A stretch of 64,000 bases of DNA from a virus (Duplodnaviria > Heunggongvirae > Uroviricota > Caudoviricetes): IMG/VR virus record IMGVR_UViG_3300013288_000004, positions 127,360 through 191,359 of that record. The stretch is one strand, 5' to 3'. The position numbers and the translations under genes were made by a program. The notes beneath the pieces are model-generated. The model saw nothing but the letters and a program-made list of their open reading frames with translations, did not search any database and was not told where the DNA came from. Numbering within the stretch: position 1 is the stretch's first letter; the number at the start of each line of letters is the position of its first letter. This document shows positions 45,673 to 55,994 of the stretch, one piece after another.

Positions 45673-48303
45673 ATGGCTACAATAGAAGATAAATTAAAAT
45701 TTGCTGCGAAGAATGAACTAAATGTCATGCTGATCGGGCATGCTGGAGTTGGAAAAACTTCAATAGTTAAAAACATATTCGAAGAACTTGGATTAAAGTA
45801 TCTGTACTACTCAGCTTCTACCATGGACCCATGGGTAGATTTTGTTGGAGTCCCGCACGAAGTAACTGGAGAAGACGGTGTAAAATATCTCGACCTAGTT
45901 CGTCCTAAAGCATTCGCATATGATGATGTTGAAGCTATCTTTTTGGATGAATATAATAGATGCATCAGTGGTGATACCAAAATTCTGTTAGCCGATGGTA
46001 CATCAGAAGCTGTTAAGGATTTAGTCGGTAGAGAACATTTTTATGTGTATTCTTTTGACACCAAAAACAAAAGTATAGAAATTGCAAAAGCACATTCTGC
46101 TAGAATTACCGTCAGAAACGAAAACTTACTAAAAATAACATTAGATAATGGCGCATCATTCAAATGTACAAAAGATCACCCTATATTAAGAATAACTGGA
46201 GAATTTGACTTAGCTGAGAATTTTTCAGTCAACGATTCTCTAATGCCGTGCTATCGTTTCTGGAAACAAACCGGATATGAATATATAATGCAACCACAAG
46301 GAAAGAAATGGGAATTAACGTATCTTTTGGCTGATTTATACAACTTAAGAAATAATATTTATAAAATTGATGATGGTGAGCATCGTCATCATGTAGATTT
46401 TGACAAACATAATAATTCACCAGAAAATATATTGAGATTAACAGAATCTGCGCACATGTCTCTCCATGCCAATCATGATGAGAAATCTATTATGGGTGGT
46501 AGAATGGCGCATAAAATTCACCCGGACTTGTATGCAAGGACAATAGGCACCGAGGAAAGTAGGAAAAAAATGAAAGAACGGTCGGCATTGGTAAGAAAAA
46601 CTTGTCCAAAATATAAAGCGAAGCGCTCTATCGCAAGCAAAAAAATGTATACTCAAGAGATGAGGGATTATCGTGCGGAAGTAACCAAAAAACAATGGCA
46701 AACTGAACAATTTAAGAATATAGACAGAAAGGCTTCCTTAGAAAGAAATCATCTATCTAGAGTATTAAACTTTCTCACGGATAATAATATAAACATCGGC
46801 GAATTGACCGAAGAAAACTATAAAAATGCTTACTTGGAAAGAAGTAGAAATAAAAGACGACTGCCAATGAAACATTCTACCATAATAACAAAATTTTCAG
46901 ATTTTGAAAATTTCAAAAAAATACTATTGGAATTTCAATCAGCTAAAAAAAATGGTAATCATAAAATAATAAAAATCGAAGAAGTTGATGCTGAAGATAC
47001 TTACGATATTACGGTTGATGAATTTGAGAATTTTGCCCTAGAGTGTGGAATTTTTGTTCATAATTCACCAATCAAGGTAAGGAACGCTGTTATGGAATTG
47101 ATACAATTCAAATCCATCAATGGTAAAAAATTCAATAATCTAAAACTGGTTTGGGCCGCAATAAATCCTAGTGATGAGGATGATACAGGAAAAACATATG
47201 ATGTTGAAGCTCTTGACCCGGCACAATTAGATCGTTTCCATTTTCACATTGAAATGCCTTATGCTTTAAATAAAAAATATTTCAAATCAAAATACCCAGA
47301 GTATGTAGATGCTGTTCTTGAATGGTGGAATGCTCTACCAAAACCACAAAAGAATTTAGTATCTCCTAGACGTGTTGACATGGCTTTAAGCGTTCTCAGA
47401 AATGGCGGTGATCTAAATTGGATATTACCAAATAATGTAAACTGTAAAGAATTGGTAGACATTCTAGATAATGGAACATTTTCCGCTAGAGTGGGCAATT
47501 GTTTTGAAGAAAAGAATGAAGAAAAAACTAAGAATTTATTGACTGACAATGACAAAACTCTTAGCAAATACATGAAGTGTATATTCCAAAAGAATGAATA
47601 TATTGAATATTTCATGCCATTCATCACTGATGAACAAATGATGAGCATGATAACCAACAACAATAAACCCGTCATAGATTATGTGTCACGAGCAGATATT
47701 GCCGTAACTCGTGAAAAATTGTTAAGTAGCATAGTAAAAGCTAAATCAGTGAAAAAGGATTTGTTGGACAAATTCAACAATGTATTAAAAGTCATTAGAC
47801 AATCAAAACAAAAAATAGATGTTACGTCTAATGTTGCGCATTTACCCTCCGAATCTTTGTGTATAGGTAAAAATGAAAATAGTCATATTGATTTAGAATC
47901 AAATCGTGACTGGCTAGATTTTTATCATAGGATTACATCAACTAGATATGTTCCAAATACATACGACAGGAAAAAAGTCTTTTTGGCGCTTACTGATATG
48001 GGTGGTGCTATCTATGATTATAAAATGCCAGAAAAAACAGAATTAATCGGTAATATATTTGATTGTGCTGTTTCTATAATAAAAAGTACTTATAATATTG
48101 TGCATGGCAAAGAAAACTTAATATATTTAATTAAAATTATGAATTCGTGTGATGTAATTTTATCAGAACACAATATAGATATATTCGCCTTAATGAAAAA
48201 GAAAACAGATAGAATAGACAAAGCGTTAAAAGTAATAGAACAAGAACAATCGTGCTATGATATGTTAAATTCAAAATTCAAGGACTATCATGATAATTTA
48301 TAA
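45673..48303 (+). CDS. MoxR/CobS-like AAA+ ATPase (AAA_5) interrupted by an HNH-containing intein
   Basis: 876 aa; Walker A LIGHAGVGKTS, Walker B IFLDEYNR immediately followed by Cys (intein start CISGDTKILLADG); extein resumes ...VHN|SPIKVRNA; sensor region AQLDRF. Confidence 0.8.
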   Translation: MATIEDKLKFAAKNELNVMLIGHAGVGKTSIVKNIFEELGLKYLYYSASTMDPWVDFVGVPHEVTGEDGVKYLDLVRPKAFAYDDVEAIFLDEYNRCISGDTKILLADGTSEAVKDLVGREHFYVYSFDTKNKSIEIAKAHSARITVRNENLLKITLDNGASFKCTKDHPILRITGEFDLAENFSVNDSLMPCYRFWKQTGYEYIMQPQGKKWELTYLLADLYNLRNNIYKIDDGEHRHHVDFDKHNNSPENILRLTESAHMSLHANHDEKSIMGGRMAHKIHPDLYARTIGTEESRKKMKERSALVRKTCPKYKAKRSIASKKMYTQEMRDYRAEVTKKQWQTEQFKNIDRKASLERNHLSRVLNFLTDNNINIGELTEENYKNAYLERSRNKRRLPMKHSTIITKFSDFENFKKILLEFQSAKKNGNHKIIKIEEVDAEDTYDITVDEFENFALECGIFVHNSPIKVRNAVMELIQFKSINGKKFNNLKLVWAAINPSDEDDTGKTYDVEALDPAQLDRFHFHIEMPYALNKKYFKSKYPEYVDAVLEWWNALPKPQKNLVSPRRVDMALSVLRNGGDLNWILPNNVNCKELVDILDNGTFSARVGNCFEEKNEEKTKNLLTDNDKTLSKYMKCIFQKNEYIEYFMPFITDEQMMSMITNNNKPVIDYVSRADIAVTREKLLSSIVKAKSVKKDLLDKFNNVLKVIRQSKQKIDVTSNVAHLPSESLCIGKNENSHIDLESNRDWLDFYHRITSTRYVPNTYDRKKVFLALTDMGGAIYDYKMPEKTELIGNIFDCAVSIIKSTYNIVHGKENLIYLIKIMNSCDVILSEHNIDIFALMKKKTDRIDKALKVIEQEQSCYDMLNSKFKDYHDNL
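45961..47064 (+). other. intein (368 aa) with HNH homing-endonuclease domain
   Basis: N-terminal Cys + block A ISGDTKILLADG; internal HRHHVDFDKHNNSPENILRLTESAHMSLH (HNH); C-terminal block G FVHN followed by Ser. Confidence 0.75.
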
Positions 48304-48754
48304 GAAGCTAGATGTAACATATGTAGAAAAAGGAATAATTGCACACGGTGTAAACGGACAATTTGTTATGGGCAGCGGGGTTGCATTAGCTATAAGAAAC
48401 AAATGGCCGATTGTTTATGATGAATACATGAAATTCAGACATTCAAACTATACGGGTGGATTATTGGGACAAGTAGCATTCGCAACTATCAACCAAAATC
48501 TGATAGTTGCGAATTGTTTTACACAGATGTATTATGGCAACACGGTAAACGTGAGGTATGCCAGTCCTTTAGCTATAGAAACATCTCTAAATCGATGTGT
48601 AAGCGAATGCAACTCTAGGGGGCTTGATCTGTATATGCCACGCATAGGGTGCGGTCTGGGCGGTTTGAGTTGGTCAGATGACGTATTACCGATAGTAGAT
48701 AAAGTCTCTCAAAAATTGAATGATGAATTAATTATAACTGTTTGTGATTTATAA
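48290..48754 (+). CDS. macro-domain (ADP-ribose binding/processing) protein
   Basis: 154 aa; AHGVNGQFVMGSGVALAIRNKWP and MPRIGCGLGGLSW resemble macro-domain phosphate-binding loops. Confidence 0.5.
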   Translation: MIIYKKLDVTYVEKGIIAHGVNGQFVMGSGVALAIRNKWPIVYDEYMKFRHSNYTGGLLGQVAFATINQNLIVANCFTQMYYGNTVNVRYASPLAIETSLNRCVSECNSRGLDLYMPRIGCGLGGLSWSDDVLPIVDKVSQKLNDELIITVCDL

Positions 48755-48789
48755 ACTTGATAAATAGTACGATTGAAGAAAAAATATAA

Positions 48790-49326
48790 ATGAATAAATC
48801 GGTATCAGATTTTGACAAAGATGTCTATAATAAAATCAGAAATAATATAGATCATTTTCTTAGTGGACAAGCTAAAACCCACAATAATGGATCTTTACAA
48901 TTATTGGACATTGCCCCGCAAATTCATGCTGGCGCAAAAAAATATTTCACCAAGTGTGATATAGACACTGCTGACATAGATCCAAAATCTAATGCTAACT
49001 ACATAGTGGACATATGTGAAAATAACTCCCACATTATCTCCAATAATGTATTTGATATAATCGTATGCACTGAAGTATTAGAGCATACTCTGAATCCATT
49101 CTCTGCTGTTTCCGAATTACATAGAATGCTTAAAATAGGTGGAAGACTTTTATTATCAACTCCGTTTGACTTCAGAATACATGGCCCTCTACCAGATTGC
49201 TGGAGGTTCACCGAGCATGGATTGCGTGCTTTGTTAAAAGATTTCAAATCTGTGGAAATTACACCACTAGAAAATGAAAATAGATTCTTGATGCCATATC
49301 ACTATACTACGGTAGCAATAAAGTGA
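48790..49326 (+). CDS. class I SAM-dependent methyltransferase
   Basis: 178 aa; LLDIAP (motif I), DIDP (acidic loop), IIVCTEVLEH, LKIGGRLLLS. Confidence 0.7.
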   Translation: MNKSVSDFDKDVYNKIRNNIDHFLSGQAKTHNNGSLQLLDIAPQIHAGAKKYFTKCDIDTADIDPKSNANYIVDICENNSHIISNNVFDIIVCTEVLEHTLNPFSAVSELHRMLKIGGRLLLSTPFDFRIHGPLPDCWRFTEHGLRALLKDFKSVEITPLENENRFLMPYHYTTVAIK

Positions 49327-50585
49327 AGAATGTATTGGTTTTTCCCTGCGGTTCTGAAATAGGACTGGAAATAAATCGTGCTTTGAAATATTCCAAACAT
49401 TTTAAAGTGTTTGGAGCATCAAGCGTAAATGATCATGGTAAATTCGAATTTGATAATTATGCAGATGGTGTTCCTAACGTTTCCGATGATAATTTCATTG
49501 ATCATATCAATTATCTAGTAAAACAATATAACATAGACTTTATATTTCCTGCTCATGACTCCGTAGTGGTTAAAATGATAGAAGAACAACATCGTTTATC
49601 TGCAACAGTCATAACCTCTGATAAAGAAACATCACAAATATGCAGGTCAAAATCAAGAACATATGATGTTTTTAAGGGATTATTACCAGTACCAAAAACA
49701 TATGATGTTGATGGTGGAATACGATTTCCTACTTTCTTAAAACCGGATGTAGGACAAGGTGCTAAAGGTACATACAAAGTAGCTAACTACAAAGATATAA
49801 AATTTTACGTAGAAAAAGACCCATCATTATTAATTCTAGAATATCTACCCGGAAGAGAATACACGGTTGATTGTTTTACTAATCGACACGGACAATTGAT
49901 ATTCTCTGAAGGTAGGGAACGCGGCAGAATAAACAACGGTATTAGTGTAAATTCCAAGAAAACTATAAATCATAAATTCACAGAACTGGCAGAAATAATA
50001 AATTCGAGATTAAAATTTCGTGGGGCATGGTTTTACCAACTGAAAGAACGGTCTGATGGAGAATTGGTTCTAATGGAAATTTCTCCAAGAATAGCCGGAA
50101 CAATGGAACTATTCAGAAACTATGGAATAAATTTTGCGCAATTAAGTTTGTTTGATAGAATGGGAATTGACGTGTCCATAATCAACAACAATATAGATTT
50201 AGAAATAGACAGGTCATTATCCGCCAAGTATAAAATGACTTATGAATATAACCACGTGTATATTGATTTAGATGATACTATCTTAATAAATGATAAAATA
50301 AATTCAAACGTCATGAAATTTCTATATGAGTGTATTAACAATCATAAGAAGATTCATTTATTGACAAAACATAGGCATGACGTGGAACATACATTATGTA
50401 ATAATTATATTGACATCAATATGTTCACTACTATTAACCAAATAAGTCAATTCGACCATAAACCCGATTTTATAATTCATAAAGATTCGATTTTTATAGA
50501 CGATTCTTTTGCGGAAAGAAAGAGAGTGTCAGATAATGTGGGGATTCCCGTATTTGACGTTGATGCTATTGACTGCTTGATGTAA
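49323..50585 (+). CDS. ATP-grasp enzyme fused to C-terminal HAD-like phosphatase domain
   Basis: 420 aa; ATP-grasp blocks FLKPDVGQGAKG, EYLPGREYTVDCF, LMEISPRIAG; C-terminal YIDLDDTIL (HAD motif I DxDxT) and HLLTKHRHD. Confidence 0.6.
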   Translation: MKNVLVFPCGSEIGLEINRALKYSKHFKVFGASSVNDHGKFEFDNYADGVPNVSDDNFIDHINYLVKQYNIDFIFPAHDSVVVKMIEEQHRLSATVITSDKETSQICRSKSRTYDVFKGLLPVPKTYDVDGGIRFPTFLKPDVGQGAKGTYKVANYKDIKFYVEKDPSLLILEYLPGREYTVDCFTNRHGQLIFSEGRERGRINNGISVNSKKTINHKFTELAEIINSRLKFRGAWFYQLKERSDGELVLMEISPRIAGTMELFRNYGINFAQLSLFDRMGIDVSIINNNIDLEIDRSLSAKYKMTYEYNHVYIDLDDTILINDKINSNVMKFLYECINNHKKIHLLTKHRHDVEHTLCNNYIDINMFTTINQISQFDHKPDFIIHKDSIFIDDSFAERKRVSDNVGIPVFDVDAIDCLM

Positions 50586-50680
50586 TTAATATTTTAACTA
50601 ACTGTCTCTGGGTTGTGGGATTCCCCTATATCACCATCCGGGGACGCTCCCAGCAGCGTTAAAATACCTAAGAGAAACAG

Positions 50681-52666
50681 TTAGTTAAAATGCCATGGTC
50701 TAGTTTGTAATCCGCAAACATTATCAAATGCCGCCCCAACATCAATTTGTATTATATCTCTTTCGTGATAATCGTGTATAAATTTCTTAGATACGAATGC
50801 ACATGCGTATAGTACCACACATTTGTCCACAATACTATCTTCCAACTGTTTAGCTAAATCATCATATTGATACACAACTGCACATCTGTCTTTAAAGCCA
50901 TTATTCTTTGTAATCAAAGTATTTTTTTTCAGCTTTAATTCATTATCAGTTATTATGTGTTTAAAATTTATATATTTTTTAAGATTAGCAAGATAATCTG
51001 GACCAACTATGATAACATTCTTATCTTTCAATAACTCCAACATTTCGAACAATACTCCGGTTATCTGCCATCTCGCAAACAACCCACCGTCAAAAATTTG
51101 TAGATCTTTTATATAATCGTAAATATGTTTCACCATTACTTCCGATTTTAAAACTTCATTACTAATACCAACATAATACGGGATAGTTTTTACAACAGGG
51201 GTGATATTTTTATCCACAAAATCTTCAGTGTTTTTATCCCATTTAACTTTATGTACATTATATAGATTTTTATCTGGAATCTTTAGCATGCACACCCATT
51301 CACCATCATTATATCTGGACAATGACATTTTTTGATTATTTTTTATATTATCAAAAATGAATTTTTTTATATTATCATTTTGTATATCTACATTATCATG
51401 AGTTATTAATGGATATTTCTTATTTTTTATTTTATAGATTGTATCTTCAGTAAAATACTTCGGAGCAAATTTTCTATACATTAAAAAAGATTCATGATAT
51501 CTGACATTTTCTATATAATCAAATATTCGCCCTTGTTGATTTTCATATGATAATATGTTACTGGAATAATTTTGAATGTTCTCAGACATTGATGATAATA
51601 AATCTCTATTATTATATAAACTAGATATAGCCTTTATCATGGCTTTTGTGTCTGATTTCTCAACAATAAAAAGCATATCATTCGTGTATTTCGCGTGTTT
51701 GTTTGCATTATGCACATCTGTGGTTATTAGAACTACACCTTGAAGAATTGCTTCGCATCCCAATGGCCAACCATTATATGCCGAACCATTTTCCAAATTT
51801 ACTATAACATCAACATTATCGTGATAAAACTGGTCCAACTCTTTAATTGGCATCGGGTTATAGTTAGTAATATGCGGAGAAGGTAGACAATTACCTATTG
51901 ATATAAATTTTATATCATGATTAGGATACATAGATTTATATTTGTCCACCATGACCTTGTAAACAGGAGCACCTTTCTGTGTCGATACTCCCATGTTACT
52001 AAAACATACCGTCAAAGTTCCATCATTTTTTAATTTTTTCTTTATAACATGGTTCTTTGGTAATAGCGTTCCACCGAAGACATCAATATAGTTAATATGT
52101 TTATATGCTTTAAGCCATTCAGTAGTATTATTATTTGTTGATATAACTTTTGTATCTTTGTGAATCTTGGATATCGCGTTTTTACCAGACAAACCTCCAC
52201 CGGGATACAGGTGTATGAATTGATTAGATTTTGAATATTTAAAACTGGTATTGAATCGTTCATACATAGACAAAAAAATATGATACACCGTCTTATAATT
52301 TTGTACATCAAATTTAATATCTCTAGTAAATAAGTAGGAAAAACCATTAACACAGTTGAATTTGGTACCGTCAATTCTAGAATTATATTTGTTTAGGTGG
52401 TTAAACCTTTTATCGAAGATTATTACATTGTATTCTTGTAAATTATAATACTCTTTCATTTCTTCATAATCGATATCATATTTTATATCAGCATACGAGT
52501 CAATTTTATAAACTAAAAAGTCAGCATTAAATTTATCTATAAAAGCTTTACTCTCTTCGATTCTCCACTTTGCATATTTGTTAGGAAAAACTATATCAGT
52601 TACTAGAATCATACGATTCAATCGCCTCACATATAGTCCAAAACTGTTGCTCAGTAATATCTTCAT
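50681..52666 (-). CDS. large multi-domain glycosyltransferase-like protein
   Basis: 661 aa; C-terminal ...IDVGAAFDNVCGLQTRPWHF block paralogous to the C-terminus of 53600-54355; overlaps the downstream gene by 70 nt (start may be later). Confidence 0.45.
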   Translation of the reverse strand: MKILLSNSFGLYVRRLNRMILVTDIVFPNKYAKWRIEESKAFIDKFNADFLVYKIDSYADIKYDIDYEEMKEYYNLQEYNVIIFDKRFNHLNKYNSRIDGTKFNCVNGFSYLFTRDIKFDVQNYKTVYHIFLSMYERFNTSFKYSKSNQFIHLYPGGGLSGKNAISKIHKDTKVISTNNNTTEWLKAYKHINYIDVFGGTLLPKNHVIKKKLKNDGTLTVCFSNMGVSTQKGAPVYKVMVDKYKSMYPNHDIKFISIGNCLPSPHITNYNPMPIKELDQFYHDNVDVIVNLENGSAYNGWPLGCEAILQGVVLITTDVHNANKHAKYTNDMLFIVEKSDTKAMIKAISSLYNNRDLLSSMSENIQNYSSNILSYENQQGRIFDYIENVRYHESFLMYRKFAPKYFTEDTIYKIKNKKYPLITHDNVDIQNDNIKKFIFDNIKNNQKMSLSRYNDGEWVCMLKIPDKNLYNVHKVKWDKNTEDFVDKNITPVVKTIPYYVGISNEVLKSEVMVKHIYDYIKDLQIFDGGLFARWQITGVLFEMLELLKDKNVIIVGPDYLANLKKYINFKHIITDNELKLKKNTLITKNNGFKDRCAVVYQYDDLAKQLEDSIVDKCVVLYACAFVSKKFIHDYHERDIIQIDVGAAFDNVCGLQTRPWHFN

Positions 52667-53615
52667 GTAAAGAAAAATTGATTATTCTTTTATACAAATT
52701 CATAGAATTAGCAAAACCGACTAATGGCTTATAATACTTATTAGCCTCTATTCCTCTATCTCTAAAATATTTAATATCAGCGGGTTTATCGAAAATTATC
52801 GGTAAGTTTCCATAAAATACACCAGCCGAATAATTAAACAGTTTATAACCACTTTTACCAATTAATCTATCAATAAATGTATCTTGGATCGCCAAATGTT
52901 TTTCTATGCTATACGAATCCATATGTTGCAAAATAAATGCTGCCGCAACATCTGACATTTTAAAATTGGATGAAAGCACTTTGTAATCTCTGGCATCATT
53001 AAAACCAAATCCAAGTAACCTTTGTACTTCGTCATATAATTTGCTATCCAACACCAAAAAACCACCTTCTCCAAATCCTAGAGTCTTTGTATGATGTAAT
53101 GAACTAAAGGAAACATCACCCATTAGTGATATATTTTTTCCGTTTTTATCTTTACTCATAAAAGATGATGCATTGTCATATATTGTTAAACCAAAATCAT
53201 TCTTATATGGAATAACTGTTCCAAAAAGATTTGTTATTATAACACCATCATATTTGTTAGCGTAATACTCATCGATAGTAAATGTTGAACTATCTATATC
53301 ATAAATGTCAGTATTAGACTTATTGACAGAGCATGAAGGGAATGTAAAAGCTGGGCTTGCCCATTTCCTAGCGCTTCCACATATAGCATCATAATAAAAC
53401 ATAAAAGCATGTAATGCTGTAGTTCCATTAGAAGCGCATAACACTTTTTTACCATCTGGTAAGTTTATCATTTCTGATAATCTATCTTCTAATATCCTTT
53501 TTACTGGTCCATTATTTGTATAATGATTCGCATTTTTGGATATTTCTAGATATTTCTGTACAGAGTCATAATTTATTTTCTTTCTTTGTATATAATTTAT
53601 CATTTGATTACGCAA
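52596..53615 (-). CDS. DegT/DnrJ/EryC1/StrS-family PLP-dependent sugar aminotransferase
   Basis: 339 aa; ASNGTTALH ... DVSFSSLHHTKTLGFGEGG (PLP-lysine region) ... typical family architecture. Confidence 0.8.
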   Translation of the reverse strand: MRNQMINYIQRKKINYDSVQKYLEISKNANHYTNNGPVKRILEDRLSEMINLPDGKKVLCASNGTTALHAFMFYYDAICGSARKWASPAFTFPSCSVNKSNTDIYDIDSSTFTIDEYYANKYDGVIITNLFGTVIPYKNDFGLTIYDNASSFMSKDKNGKNISLMGDVSFSSLHHTKTLGFGEGGFLVLDSKLYDEVQRLLGFGFNDARDYKVLSSNFKMSDVAAAFILQHMDSYSIEKHLAIQDTFIDRLIGKSGYKLFNYSAGVFYGNLPIIFDKPADIKYFRDRGIEANKYYKPLVGFANSMNLYKRIINFSLHEDITEQQFWTICEAIESYDSSN

Positions 53616-54355
53616 TATTCCTGTATGTTGCCATCTTTAAACCATGGGCGTGATTGAATACCGGCCCATGCGTCGAGTGTTGCACCGAAATCTATAGCTA
53701 TTTTATTCTGTTTCTTTAAAATTACACCGAGGTCTTTAGCCGTTATACTAACGCCATATAGAACAACATTTTCTTTTATGTCACGAGTCTTATTTATTAA
53801 CTTTTCTCTATCATTGTCAATTAATGTCACAGACACATTGGTTTGTAAAATGTTAGACAATTTATCAATATCCAAGGATTTATTTGGAGTTATTATATTA
53901 ATAGGTTCACCGCAGATTATATGTTTAAAATTATTAGGGTCTCCAAATAATTTGGATCTAGGTAATTTGTGATCACAACATACGGGTTCCGGTACGTTCA
54001 ATTTATTTAATTTTGAAATAGGAAGCGACCAAATATGTTTATAAAATTTTCTATTAATGTTTTCAACATTATTAAAATCCATTATGCCTAAAATATCAGT
54101 TTCTCGTATGGTTGTCAGCAATTGTTCTACATATTTTTGTCGCATTTTTGGATATTCTGAGACATGATATCCCCACAGATTAGCTATTCTTTGTTTTAAC
54201 GAATCTGGCGCATTATCATTTAGAATGTAAATTTCACCGTCTCCCATCCTAGATAAACAGAATGGAGTTTGATTTTTTATGCATAATTTTATACGTTCAG
54301 CAACTTGCTCGTTAGAAAGAGTAGCTTCAAGATATTTGACGGAATGGGCAGGCAT
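53600..54355 (-). CDS. putative glycosyltransferase-like protein
   Basis: 251 aa; shares C-terminal FGATLDAWAGIQSRPWF block with 50681-52666. Confidence 0.45.
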   Translation of the reverse strand: MPAHSVKYLEATLSNEQVAERIKLCIKNQTPFCLSRMGDGEIYILNDNAPDSLKQRIANLWGYHVSEYPKMRQKYVEQLLTTIRETDILGIMDFNNVENINRKFYKHIWSLPISKLNKLNVPEPVCCDHKLPRSKLFGDPNNFKHIICGEPINIITPNKSLDIDKLSNILQTNVSVTLIDNDREKLINKTRDIKENVVLYGVSITAKDLGVILKKQNKIAIDFGATLDAWAGIQSRPWFKDGNIQEYCVIK

Positions 54356-55103
54356 TAAATAGTTGTCTCAAATCAATATTAAAATCATAATCTTCGAAAC
54401 TATTTATGATATCATTTATTGTAGTATCATTTTCAACTCTAAAAGATTTACAATGCTCTCTGTTAACTGACGAATAATAATCTTGGAATTTGAAACCACC
54501 TCCAAGAACTTTATCTGAAAATTCCACCCATTTTGATTTTATACCATAAGCATCCGCTGCTATAATTCCGTGTAATGAACTAGAAGCTATCATATCGCAA
54601 GACAAAATCTGATCGACCACTTTGTCTATTCCAGACAATATGTCTATTTTCAGTACATCATTCGATGTATTTGTTTTAAACCATTCGTTCGTAGAATCTA
54701 TATAATGTGGTATAATACCTAATTTATATTTCTTCTTTATGTCAGGTTTGTAATATCTTGGATATAATAATGCCGGGTCGCCATAAACTTCAGGACAATC
54801 AATTCCTTGACTTAATATTATATTTCTTGTCAGCTTTCCTCTTACAGCACAAATTTGTTTAGGTGTGATTGACAATTTTCGCGAATTTGAAAGAAAGCCT
54901 GCGCCCCATATTATAGAACCTGCATCGGCTCTTTGTAAAATACTACCAATACAAATATACTTTTCTAAAGTATTGCCATGATTTATCCAAACTACTTTCT
55001 TCCTTGAAATTTTCTCTATTAACGTTTTATTGAGCAAATCGCCCCAATTGTTCCTATCAAATCCGTTGACAGGATTATACCAAAATGCATTTATTGTTGT
55101 CAT
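54327..55103 (-). CDS. polysaccharide pyruvyl transferase family protein
   Basis: 258 aa; N-terminal NNWGDLL and SSLHGIIAADAYGIKSKWV blocks match PS_pyruv_trans (CsaB/WcaK) motifs. Confidence 0.6.
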   Translation of the reverse strand: MTTINAFWYNPVNGFDRNNWGDLLNKTLIEKISRKKVVWINHGNTLEKYICIGSILQRADAGSIIWGAGFLSNSRKLSITPKQICAVRGKLTRNIILSQGIDCPEVYGDPALLYPRYYKPDIKKKYKLGIIPHYIDSTNEWFKTNTSNDVLKIDILSGIDKVVDQILSCDMIASSSLHGIIAADAYGIKSKWVEFSDKVLGGGFKFQDYYSSVNREHCKSFRVENDTTINDIINSFEDYDFNIDLRQLFNACPFRQIS

Positions 55104-55958
55104 TTACATTACCAAGATAGAACCAATAGCAGAATTACACAAATCATCAAAATAATATGACATGTCTCTTTCCAACATTCTTATGGCGGAATTTGCTTCT
55201 TCCTCATCTTTAAGATATATCGCCCCTTTTCCATATTTTAATGATTTTGGAGCATCGTTAAAGGTGATTTTCCCAGTTACTAGATATTGAGCAAATAATT
55301 CATTCATAAGTTCAAAATAATCTCTAACATTGCGATCTCTGGCCGATTTAAAAGTACATAATTGTTGCCCTATTTGTTTTAATAATAATTGTTTATCTCG
55401 TGATTTTGGGGCGTAATCATGTGGATAATGTCCTCGACCCCGTTCAAATTCTTCTTCTCTACCATAACACGCTAATATATCATTAAAACCACTAATTAGT
55501 GCACTTCCAGCTTCTTTAAAAGCTGGGAATTGAGATCCACCTCTATAATTTCTATCCGGTCTGGCCAATGCATGGGATAATCTATGGCAAATGATCCAAG
55601 GGGTCATTGATACACCTTGTGTGCCCTTATTATTAGTAAAAATGATATTAATTGCGTCGTCATCTAGACGTTTTTCTATATGATCTGCAACTTCTTGATC
55701 TAAATTTTTCCTAAGCCAGTTCATATCGACTTTTCCGACTTCGGTATGAGCATTACCTTTAGGTGAGTTCAAAAAATATAAATTCAAATTGTGATCAGTT
55801 TTTCCTAATTTTTTCTTTACATTCTCTATAGCCTTCGGTGAAGATACCATCAACCTATCTCTATTTCTAAAAGAAGAATTTTTGGAAAAATTACCAAATG
55901 TTTGGTAATCAGTAACAGGAGCCTCTGATAAAAATTGTATAAATGATTTTCTTTTCAT
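55104..55958 (-). CDS. hypothetical protein in glycan cluster
   Basis: 284-aa ORF. Confidence 0.45.
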   Translation of the reverse strand: MKRKSFIQFLSEAPVTDYQTFGNFSKNSSFRNRDRLMVSSPKAIENVKKKLGKTDHNLNLYFLNSPKGNAHTEVGKVDMNWLRKNLDQEVADHIEKRLDDDAINIIFTNNKGTQGVSMTPWIICHRLSHALARPDRNYRGGSQFPAFKEAGSALISGFNDILACYGREEEFERGRGHYPHDYAPKSRDKQLLLKQIGQQLCTFKSARDRNVRDYFELMNELFAQYLVTGKITFNDAPKSLKYGKGAIYLKDEEEANSAIRMLERDMSYYFDDLCNSAIGSILVM

Positions 55959-55994
55959 GAATAATATTTATCGAAATAAATATTTCTAAATCAA

